A DNA stretch of 64,000 nucleotides, from the NCBI GenBank assembly GCA_045645885.1, contig JAZRJR010000073.1:9824-73823 (forward strand), given 5' to 3'. Of this stretch, positions 18,872 to 30,900 are shown piece by piece. The translations under genes were made by a program, and so were the position numbers. How positions within the stretch are numbered: position 1 is the stretch's first letter; the number at the start of each line of letters is the position of its first letter. This DNA is from Acutalibacteraceae bacterium (GTDB lineage: Bacteria; Bacillota; Clostridia; Oscillospirales; Acutalibacteraceae). The notes beneath the pieces were generated by a model. The model did not search any database, was not told the DNA's origin, and saw only the letters and a program-made list of their open reading frames with translations.

Positions 18872-18904
18872 ACAAAAGCCCCCACCTCATAAGAGATGGG
18901 GGCT
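18872..18904 (-). terminator. Intrinsic terminator of the giant gene.
   Basis: Minus strand reads AGCCCCCATCTC-TTAT-GAGGTGGGGGCT followed by TTTGTCGTG, about 40 nt after the stop codon at 18942-18944. Confidence 0.75.
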
Positions 18905-18941
18905 GAAGTCTGTTATTCAGTTCAGAAATTCATCTTTGGAA

Positions 18942-21900
18942 TTAACCGAAGATACCGAAAATCTTAGCGAAGAATTCCTTAATCTTCTTGATGATTCTCT
19001 GGAACCAGTTGAGGGTTTCTTCTGCCTCTTCTTCAGCTTCTTCGTGGTCTTCATCAGGACCTACAGTGTCATACCATACACCTGTCATCTGTTCCATAAC
19101 ACGTGCGATGCTACCATAGATACATGTTGAACCGTTTGCGATGTCGTTGAAGAGCTGCTTGAAGATTTCCTGAACAGTGATGATGTCGTTACGATAGAAC
19201 GCATCAACTGTTACTGCAAGACCGAGAGCCTGGAAGAGAGCTGCTACGATAATGTCGGGCATACCGTAAGATGCAGTTGTCTTGAAGAGCTGATCGATTG
19301 CATATCTTACAGACTGTTCTGAACCAGCCTTAAGATCGAATGCACCAACAATCCACTGTACAAGAGCTTCTCTGTTACCTGCATCACCGAACATATCAAG
19401 TAAGAATGTGAAGAGCCATGTAAGGGTGTTGCCCTTATCAGCCTGGATGTAGGTCTGAGTCTTCTTGTTGCCTTCAGCAATGTACTTGTCGTACTTGCCG
19501 TTTTCGTAATTCTTCACATAATCCTTAGGATCTGTGATAGCTGTCTTGAATGAACCAGCCTTTTCTGAACGAGCTGTTGCAACTTCCTTCTTACCTGTAC
19601 CTGTCTGAGCAAGTTCATAGAAGTCGATTTCAGGAATCTTGAAGTTGTACTTAGCGCCGAGGAGCTGGATGGGAATGTTGATGTTGTGGATAAGCTTAGC
19701 AACATCAAGACCTTCAAGAAGGTTACCAAGTCCGGGGATAATGCCTGAAACAGCATTGAGAATTCCGAATACGGGAGCTGCAAGGTTTCTTACGATGAGG
19801 TAGAAGCCTTCATTTGACAGGAAGTATCCAACGTTGGGAAGAACGCCGAGAAGTCTGTCAACGGGTTTAGCAAGGAGCCAATCTGCCCAGTTGCCGATCT
19901 TAGTAAGAACATAACCGAGGGTGTTTGCAGGATTTGACTTAACAGCATCTGCATACTGAGCCTGAGTCTTAACGTCCTTAGCTTCAAGACCGAATGCTTC
20001 AAGGAGAGGAATAATTGCGTAATCGTAACCGTTACCACCCTTGATATTAGCTACACATACGGGCATACCGTCGTCGCCCTTGATGATTGTACCGTTGTCG
20101 TTTCTGCTGGGAAGTACGCCGAGAGTCTTGCCTTCGCCGAGAAGGAGAAGTTCAAGTACGCAGTTAAGCGGGTTGAGGATTGATGCAAGGCCGTTTACAA
20201 AGCTTGTAACTGTGCCGTTTACACCCCAGTTGATGCCAGCTGCGCTTACGTCTGACCACTTCTTAGCAGCCTTAAGTCTCTTAGCGAATTCAGCGTTAGC
20301 ATTTGAATACTTAGCATATTCTGTTGCATAGCCCTGAACTGTAAGATCAAGACCGAGAGGTTTAACGTTACCCTTTTCGTCATAAACTACGAGGATTGCC
20401 TTGTCGCCTGTTGCAAGAGTTGAGATAGTACCAAGGATACCTTCAACGCTTTCACCGGCAAGGAGACCTGTGATTGTACCAACAAGGTTGGATACGAGAT
20501 CGTTGTTGAGCATACCGCCGAGGAGACCTGCGAGTGAGCCGCCGCCTACGCCTGCAGCCTTGAGAATGTCATTGATAAGGTTGTCAATGTTAGCTGCGAT
20601 TACGTCTGCGTTAGCTTCTGTAAGGAAGCCGTAGGTTCTGTAGTCGATACCCTGAAGAGTAATTGTTCTGTTCTGGATGGGAATGTATGAAACTTCGCCG
20701 CCGAGAAGAGTTGCAATTACGTCGAGGATCTTTGCGGGATCCTTGATGATGTCTTCGATGAGACCTTCGAAGTCGCCGAGGTCAAGACCGAGAGCACCCT
20801 TAAGTGCATTCCAGTTATCTTCTGTAAGGATTGTCTTAAGAAGAGCATAGAATGTGTATGCGTTGTCACCTGCAACGTTCTTATAACCTGTACCGTTATA
20901 GATGTCGTACTTAGTATCAAGAACTGAGCCCTTGAAGTCAATCTTGCCATCGCCGTTTGCATCTGCTGCTGCCATAGCTGCAAGCTCAGCAAAGTTGAGG
21001 TCAAGCTGGAGACCGAGAGGCTTGCCGTCAATTGCAATACCCTCAATAAGGTTACCGAGGAGATTTGCAAGAGCAGCACCGTCAATCTTGAGTGAAACAC
21101 CTGCGCTTACGCCGGGATGTTCCTGACCAAGGAATGTCTTGAGTACGGGATACTTGTCAGCATCTGCAGCACCGATGTTACCAAGGTCAATCTGGATAGC
21201 GATCGGGAAGATGGGATCTACTGCTGCGATGAGGTTATTTACGGGAGCGATGAGGTTTTCAACAAGAATACCTACGTTACCGTTAGCAATTGCATAGCAG
21301 AGGTTAGCAAGAATTCCGAGAACGCTGTTGATGGGCTGTTCAAGAATCTTATCAACCTGAGCGAAGAGCATGTCAAGGATAGGCTTGAGTGATGAGCCGT
21401 GGTTAGCAGCAACTGCTTCTTCATACTTAGCCTGAGTCATCGGTGTTGCACCGAGTGCTTCAAGAAGAGGAATGATAGCGTAGTTGTAGCCGTTACCGCC
21501 GCTTACCTTAACACCGTCAAGGATTGCGAGTGTATCACCTGTGAAGCCCTTTGTATCGAACTCAGCGTTAATCATACCGCCGTGGAGAAGGAGACCGAGG
21601 ATGCAATCAAGCGGGAGAAGCATATCACTGAGAAGTGCAATGAAGTCTGCCTTATCTGTGATGCCCCAAGCATATGCCTTAGCAACTCTTGTCTTTGTTC
21701 CGTCTTCGTTGGTCTTTTCTTCGCTGTGTGCCATCCATACTTCGTTCCATGTAATAGCACCATCTTTGTCCGTATCTTTAGCTTCTTCAATATAAGCTTT
21801 AAGCTTAGAACCGAACTTGGTGTTCTTGAATGCTGCGGGAGCAATGCTGAAGCTGTCACCGTTGTTCTTGAGATTTGAGAGCTGACCAACAAGGTCTTCA

Positions 21901-24900
21901 ATCATATTAAGAGTATCAACGGGAAGTCCTGCAAGAAGTTTAACTACTGCGCTTACAAGAGCATTTGCGATATCATCCTTCACGAAGAGCGGATATACGA
22001 TATCTGCAAGACCGCTTACCTTTGAACCATCTTCTGTCTTAACAAGGAGTTCAAGGAGCATCGGGATAAGTCCGTCAAGGCCTGCGAGTACATCGCCTAC
22101 CTGCTGGCTTACGCTTTCGTCCTTAATCTTATCCATTGCGGGAAGGTTATAAGGCTTGTATTCAACCATGTATTCGCTGAAGAGCATGAGGATGAGGTCG
22201 ATAAGCTCGCCATCCTTATCAGCAAGTGACTGGATGATGTTGTAAACCATATTGGGCTTGCCAGCTTCATCTTCAGCCTTGAGGCCGATAGCTTCGCAGA
22301 GGATGTTGAGGAAGTCGCTTGTAAGAACTGTTGAAAGAACATACATGATAGCGTTGCCGCTGTCTGTTGTCCATGTCTTAACGTTGTCGCCTTCTTGCTT
22401 CTTAACTGTAACAGCTGCGTTAGCAAGGTTAAGGAAGAAGTCTGCGGGAAGTGCATTTACAACTGCAATTACCTTGCCATCCTTATCCTTAATTTCGATA
22501 TTGGGAAGGAGACCGTTGATAAGGTCAATGAGAATCTTACCGTTGTCGCCTGCAATAGTGAAGATGTTTGTGATGTTGAGCTTCTTACCGTTCGGAAGTG
22601 TTACATTCACAAGGCTTTCGATAAGTGCATCAAGCTGATCCATTGTAATTACATTGTCAAGAGCATCAACAATGCTGAGTACGGGAGCAACGAGATTCTT
22701 GATTACAACTTCTACATCGTTGTTAGCGATGAAGTAGCTGAGGTTACCGACAACTGTGAGAATTGTTTCGAGCGGAGCCTTAGCAACAGCACCTACAAGG
22801 TCATCAAGGATGAAGTCAAGTACATTAGCGATTGCTTCGTTAGCAGTAGCTGCCTTCTTAGCTGCAGATACAACTGACTTGTTAGTGCCATCCTTACTTG
22901 TGAGTTCTTCAAGGCCGAGACCCTGGAAGAGGAGAGGAATAAGAGCAGTTTCGTAAGCGTTACCGCCTGCGAGACTTACGCTTGCCTTCTGTCCGTCATT
23001 TTCAAGTGTGAGTGTAAGATCGCCACCTGTGAGAAGGAATGCGAGAACAGGTTCGAGAGGCTTAAGGAGACTGAGAAGTGCGCCTACCCAAGCTTTCTTA
23101 CCCTTTACGCCTTCGAATACAGGCTTGTAAGTTACCTTAGTTGTAGTTGTACCGTCTTCGTTCTTGATTTCTTCAGTCTTGTCAACGTTAGCTGCTGCTA
23201 CATCTGCCCAGGTTACACCTACAGTTGCGTCAGAAGCTTTTGCCTTAGCCACATAAGCGATAAGGTCAGCGTTTTCTGTCTCAGCTGCGAATGCTACGGG
23301 TGAAAGGTCGATACCGATGATACCGCCGATTGTAGCAAGAAGTTCAGGATCAAGTCCCTTAAGGAGACCGATGAGAGCGCCTGTGATTGTGCCCATAAGA
23401 CTTTCTGTGAAGAGAAGGTCGTTAAGGAGATAATCAACCATACCTGCAAGAGTAGCATTATCTTCAATGCCTGCTGCAAGGTTAGCAAGGAATGTGCCCT
23501 CTTCAGCTGATTCACCAAGAAGGTCAATGATGATGGGAGCACCCTTAACAAGAACTGAGTCAAGGTTTTCAATAGCTGTTGATGCCTTGTCACCGTTTTC
23601 TACAGCGAGCTTTCCGAGATACTTGAAGATGTAATCATATTCTGTTACTTTGTTGTCACCTGTGAGAACGAGAACGAGAGTTGTGAGAACACCCTTGATG
23701 TTTTCATCACTTGCAAGAGCATTGTTGATGAGTTCAATAACAGCATCGGGAAGAGCAGCGCCGTCGAGGAGACCGCCTACAAGGTTCTTTATTGCCTTAC
23801 AGTTTTCATCTGTAAGAATTGTGTCAAGGAGCGTAATGAGTGCATTACCTGCATCACCGGTGATGTTAACAAGATCAGCAGTTGAAGCGTTCTTAACTGT
23901 ACCGATGTTGTAAACCTGCTTAGTACCGGTTGTGAGAATCTTGCCGTCTGTGTCTCTCTTAGCCATCTTAGCTGCAAGTTCGAGCCAGTTGAGGTCAAGC
24001 TTGATGCCAAGCTTGCTTCCGCCGATTTCGATACCTGCAAGGAGATCGCCGAGAAGATCTGCGAGGTCTGCGCCTGAAACGTTCACTGTGATACCTGCAG
24101 GTACACCTTCGTGTGACTTAGCGAGGTATGTTGTGAGAATGTTTTCAGCTGCAAGGTCGATTCTGATTGCAAGAGGAATTGCATCGTCTACTTCGTCAAT
24201 AAGAGTATTAACAGGAGCGAGAAGGTTTTCTGCAATCGTGTTGATACCGTCTGAACCGATGAAGTAGAAGAGGTTAGCAAGTCTTGAAAGGAGCTCGTTA
24301 AGCGGTGTCTTGAGGATTTCGTTAACAACGCCGATGAGTGCTTCAAGAACATACTGAAGTGATGAGCCTACTTCGATTGAGTATGCGTCATATTCCTTCT
24401 GAGACTTAAGGTTTGTTGCACCGAGAGCCTCAAGAAGCGGGATAATAGCGTAGTTGTAGCCTGCGCCACCCTGAATCTTGATTTCGTTGCCGTTATTGGT
24501 TTCGTCGTCAAGAGCTACAAGGTCGCCTTCTCTGAGGAGAAGCTGGAATACTACATCGAGAGGTCTGAGAAGGTCTACAAAGATGGGGATGAGATCGTTG
24601 AGAGATGTAACCTTCCAATCGAAGCCGTTAAGCTTTGTCTTCTGGTTGCCGTCTTCGCCGTTTACTGCCTTGAGTTCATATGTTTCGCCGTCTACCGTAA
24701 TTTCGGTTTCACCCTTAGCACGGTAAACAGTGATTGTCTGAGCCTCTGTAGCAGCTACATAGCCGTCTGTACCTTCTTCGCCTACTGCTTCCTTAGCAGG
24801 AATTGTGTAGGTGAATTCATACTGGGTATAAGCATCAAGGATTTCTGTCCATGTGCTACCAGCATCAAGGAAGTCCTTAACCTTTGAATCAGCAACAAGT

Positions 24901-27900
24901 ACGCCTTCTGCTGTCCAAAGTGTGGGATTGATTGTTGTAAGATCGATGTTTGTGAGTTCTCTTACATAACTGAGGATTGCATCAAGATCGAGGTTTTCGT
25001 TCTTGTCAAGACCTGCGAGTAAGGGAACAAGTGCGTTCATTACAAGGTTTACAAGGTCAGCGTCTGCGATGAGACCATTGATAAGACCGCCTAAATCCTT
25101 GCCTGCGAGCATGGGAACAACGAGTTTTACAATTGAATCAAGAACAAGAACTGCTTCGTTTGTATTAGCGTTGTTAAGAGCGCCTTCATCAGTCTTGAAG
25201 CTTTCGTAGGGAGCTACAACATTTTCATCAAGATCTGCCTGAGTGAGCTTCTTATAAACTACCTTGTACTCTGTGAAGAGCATAAGGATTACGTCAACAA
25301 GTTCGTTTTCCTTATCTGCAAGACCGATGATTGCTTCACCGATACCCTTGCTGAGGTCAAGACCAACCTTCTTGAGAAGTGTCTCGAAGAAGTTGTAATC
25401 AAGAACTGTTGTAAGGATATACATGAGAGCTTCACCGCAGTTGATGTTCCAATCAGTTACATCATCACCGATGTCTGTCTTAGTTTCGTCAGCAAATGTG
25501 CTGTCTTCAACAACATACTTAGCGAACTGCTCGAAGAAGTTAGCGGGAAGGAAGTCAATTACATGGAGAACCTTCCAGTAAACTGTTGACTTGGTTCCGT
25601 CTTCGTTTTCAATTTCAACAGGCCAGTACTGATTTTCCTTATCAGCGTCTACCTGTTCCTTAGTGAATTTGATGATGTCACCGTTTTCGTTCTTTTCGTA
25701 TACTCTGATACCACCGATGAGGTCGTTGATGATAGCTACGAGGCCTTCACCCTTATCACCGGCAATACCAATGATGTTGCTGAGTGTAAGAGGTCTGTTG
25801 CCGGGAAGCTTAACATTTACAAGACCTTCAAGGAGAGCGTCAATTTCGTCTCTTGTAATTACTGATTCAAGGAGTTCAAGAATAGCCATTACAGGAGCTA
25901 CAAGGTTCTGGATAAGAACGTCAATGTTGTTGTTTGCAATGAAGTAGCTGAGGTTACCTACAATTGTGAGAATTGAGGTGAGCGGAGCTTCACAGATTGC
26001 ATCAACAACGCCCTTCTTACCTTCTGTACCAAGGAGAGCATTAACAAGCTTTCTGAGAGCGTCTGTTGTATGTTCGCCTTCACTGATTCTTTCAACGTTT
26101 ACGCCGAGCTGTTCAGCGCCGAGACCGTTGAGGAGCTGAACGATTGCATTGTTGTAACCATTTGAACCCCAGATTGATACATCGCCGATTGCAAGAGTGA
26201 GGTTTTCACCTGCAAACAGGAAGTCAAGAACAGAATTGAGCGGTGAAACAATCGCGAGAAGAGTTTCAACGAATGTTTCTCTGTCTGCAACACCCCATGC
26301 GAATGCTGTCTTATTAGCGTCACTTACCTGTGCCCATGTTACAGCCTTCTTATCAGCTTCTGTTGCATTTTCAGCATATGCCTTAGCAACATAGTTCTGA
26401 AGAGCTACGTTACCTGAAGCCTTTGCAAATTCGTACGGCATAAGGTCAACAGGAATAATCTGAGCGATTGTGCCTGCAAGGTCTGCAGTTACAAAGCCTG
26501 CAAGGAGGTCTGTGAGCATTGTCATAAGACTGTTGAAGTTAGCTTCTGTGAATACATATTCCTTAAGGAGCCAATCAACGAGTGATGCAAGACCCTTATC
26601 TTTGTTGATTGCATTTGCAATCTTGTTGAATGTTGTAAGATCTGCTTCTGCCGTACCTTCAGCGGGTGAACCGATAAGCTTGATGATTGCAGCAGCTTCT
26701 CTGTCAATTATCTTGTCGAACTTGTCAACAGCAATTGAGAGTTCATCTGTTCTGTAATCATAGTTAAGATCACCAAGGTACTTGTAGATGTAAGCGGGAA
26801 GACTTGAAAGCTCGCCTTCACCTGTAAGGATGAGTACTACTGTACCGAGAACCTTCTTGATTGTTACATTGGTTGAAAGAACATTGTCAATAATGCCCTT
26901 AACCTCTGTGGGAAGGTTTGCATTCTTAAGGAGGCCTTCTACAAGATTCTTTATAGCCTTACAGTTATCTACTGTAAGAATTGTGTCAAGGAGCGCAATG
27001 AGTGTATCTGCGGGATCACCTGCAATGTTTACAAGATCTGCAGCTGTTGAATTCTTGAGGTGGTTAAGCGAACTGCCTTCACCTACTGAACCAACGGTGT
27101 AATTCTGTGATGTGCCTGTTGATTCAACTGAGTAAATCTTATTACCTGCAGCATCTGTTACATCATTGCCGTCTTTGTCCTTAAGAGCTTCACCCTTCTT
27201 AGCCATCTTAGCTGCGAGTTCGATGAAGTTAAGGTTGAGCTTGATGCCAAGCTTGTCACCATTTACTTCAATGCCTTCAAGGAGACCGCTGAGAAGTTCA
27301 GCAAGAGCTGTGCCTGAAACGTTTACGTGGATACCTGCATCGATACCGGGATGAGCCTTACCGAGATATGTGGTAAGGATTTCGTCTGCTGCTACGTCAA
27401 TAACGATAGCAAGCGGGAAGAGATCGTCTACTTCGGAAATGAGGGTATTAACAGGAGCAAGAAGGTTATCTGCTATTGTGTTGATACCGTCTGAACCGAT
27501 GAAGTAGAAGAGATTTGCGAGTCTTGAAAGAAGCTCGTTAAGCGGAGTAGCGAGGATTTCGTTAACTTCGCCGATAAGCACTTCAAGAACATACTTGAGT
27601 GATGAGCCTGTTTCAGCTACATATGCGTCATATTCTGCCTGAGTCTTAAGATCGGTTGCACCGAATGCTTCAAGGAGAGGAATAATTGCATAGTTGTAGC
27701 CGTAGCCACCCTTAATGCTGATCTGAGCGTTTGCAGGAGCTACATCGTCAGTATCAGGAAGAGCAACGATTGAGTTGCCGCTGAGAAGCACCTGGAATAC
27801 GATGTCAAGAGGCTTGAGAAGGTCACATACAACGGGGATGAGATCGTCGAGATCTGTGATGCCCCAATTGAAGTCACTTGCCATCTTGCTGCGGTGAGTT

Positions 27901-30900
27901 TCGTTACCTATAAGAGCAACTGCTACATCAGGTGTATCCTTGTTGTTGTCAACATCAGCCTTTGTAAGGTCATTCTTAGTTGAGTAGAACTTCTGTTCCT
28001 TACCGTCCTTATCTGTATATGTGTATTCGTAATCATATACAGGAGCGAGAGTGTAAGTCTTAGTATTTTCGCCTTCGCCAACGATGATTTCGGTAGCGTC
28101 AGCCTTATCAAATACTGTGATTGTCTGCTCAGCTACATAGCCTTCTGCACCTTCAGTTCCTACAGCAGGAATTGTGTAGGTGTATTCGTACTTAGTGTAC
28201 TTTTCAAGGATTGCTGTCCATGTCTTAGCATCGCCAAGGAACTTTTCAACCTTGGAATCACTGCTGAGCATATCTGTCCAGAGTGTGGGAGCAATTGTTG
28301 TGAGCTTAATATTTGTGAGCTGTTCTACGTATGCAAGGATTGCATCGAGGTCGAGACTTTCGTTCTTGTCAAGACCTGCAAGTACGGGAACAAGCGCATT
28401 CATAATAAGGTTTGCAAGATCAGCATCTGCAATGAGACCGTTTACAAGACCGCCGAGTGTCTTGCCGTCTGCGATAAGACCGATTACGGTGTTAACGAGA
28501 GGATCAAGAACATTGATTGCAGTTGTAACGTCTTCGTTTGTGAGCTGATGTGCGTCAGGACTGAAGCCTGCGTATGCTTCTGTGAGGTCAGCCTTTGTGA
28601 TTGTGGGCTGTTCAAGCTTGCTGTAACGAACTGTGTAGTCGTTAAGGAGCATGATGATTACGTCAACAAGTTCATTTTCCTTGTCAGCCATTGAGAGAAC
28701 GGTTTCACCGATACCCTGGCTGAGATCAAGGCCTACCTTCTTGAGGATTGTCTCGAAGAAGTCGTAGTCAAGAACTGTTGAAAGGATGTACATAAGTGCA
28801 TCGCCTGTGTTGATTGTCCAGCTGTCAACGTCAGCACCTACAGTTGTAACTGCTTCGTCTTCATATTCGCTGTTTTCAACAACATACTTAGCAAACTGTT
28901 CGAAGAAGTTTTCGGGAAGAACGTTGATTACATGGAGAACTCTCCAGTATACCTTTTCAGGTACCCTCTGGCCGTCCTTATCGAGAACGAATGTTACATT
29001 ACCGTCTTTGTCCTTAGTTGTCTTATAAACTACATTACCGTCTTCATCTGTTACGATTACTTCGTGGTAGTTGTGGTTCTTAACAAGCTGTTCAACCTTG
29101 TATTCCTTAATCTTTCCGTCTTTGTCCTTTTCGTATACTCTGAGGCCGCCGAGGAGGTCGTTGATGATTGCAACGAGACCTTCGCCGCTATCACCAGCAA
29201 TATTGATGATATTGCTGATTGTAAGAGCCTTGCCACCGGGAAGCTTAACATTGAGGAGACCTGCAAGAAGAGCATCGAGCTGATCTCTTGTAATTACTGA
29301 CTCAAGGAGTTCAAGAATTGCAAGTACTGGAGCAATAAGATTCTGGATAAGTGAATCAAGGTTACCGTTTGCAATGAAGTAGCTGAGGTTACCTACAATC
29401 TTAAGAATTGAGGTGAGCGGAGCAGTACAGATTGCATCAACGATGCCATTCTTACCTTTTGTGCCGAGAAGAGCATTAACAAGCTTTCTGAGAGCGTCTG
29501 TTGTATGTTCGCCTTCACCGATTGTTTCAACAGTTACATCAAGCTGCTTAGCACCGAGACCGTTGAGGAGCTGAACGATTGCATTGTTGTAACCGTCTGC
29601 ACCCCAGAGTGCAACACCATTGATGTTGAAGCTGAGATTATTACCTGCGAAGAGGAAGTCAAGGATCGGGTTAAGAGGCTTGAGGAGATCAAGAAGAGCA
29701 TTAATGAAGCTGTTCTGATCGTTTACACCCCAAGTGAATTCACCGTAGTTATAAGTCCATTCGCCGAATTCTTCTGTTGCATAAGCTGCACGAACGTCAG
29801 CCCATGTAACTGCTGCCTTTTCAGCATCTGTTGCACCTTCCTTGATTGCCTTTGCAACATAAGCGACAAGCTTATCATTCTTTGTTGCTTTAGCGAATGC
29901 TACAGGCATAAGGTCGATGGGAAGAAGCTGAGCAATTGTGCCTGCAAGGTCAGCTGTGATAGCGCCTGCAAGAAGGTTTGTGAGCATTTCCATAAGAGCT
30001 GTGAAGTTGTCAGCTGTGAATGCAAATTCACCAAGGAGCCAGTTCACAAGGTCTGTAAGAGTTGCCTTTCTGCCTTCTGCATCATCTGTGCCTTCTTCGA
30101 TCTTATTCATTGCTGCTGTCATCTTACCAAGGAAGCTGTCAGCTTCAGCGGTTGCACCGAGCATAGTGATAACGCCTACTGCTTCACGAGCAATCATTGA
30201 ATCGAACTTAGTGATTGCATCTGAAAGTTCAGCTTCTTTGTAATTGAAGTCGAGCTTACCGAGGAACTTGTAGATGTAAGCGAAGGGATATACATCACTT
30301 GAAAGGTTACCGTTACCTGTAAGAATGAGTACTACAGCACCGAGAACCTGCTTGATAGTATTTTCGCTTGAAAGTGCCTTTTCAATAAGATCTGCAATGT
30401 CTTTATTTTCCTTCATGAAATCTTCAGGAAGAAGTCCCATTACAAGAGCCTTTATAGCCTCACAGTTCTTTTCTGAGAGGATTGTGTCAAGGAGCGCAAT
30501 AAGTGTATCTGCTGAGTCTCCTGAGATATTTACGAGGTCAGCAATGTTTTCATCAGCAATTGTACCGAGGGTATAAACCTGCTTAGTCGGAATTCTTTCC
30601 GTACCTGCCATCTTAGCTGCAAGCTCAATCCAGTCAAGGTCAAGGCTGAGACCAAGAGCTTCACCGTTAACCTTGATACCAACGAGTGCATCATTGATGA
30701 ACTTGGTAAGAGCTGAACCTGAAACATTCACGGTAATGCCTTCAGGTACACCTTCGTGTTCTTTACCAAGGTAGAGACCGAGGATTTCGTCAGCTGCAAG
30801 GTCAATTCTGATTGCAAGCGGGAAGAGGTCGTCTACTTCTGCGATGAGAGTATTAACAGGAGCGAGCAGGTTAGCTGCGATTGTGTTGATACCATCTGAA

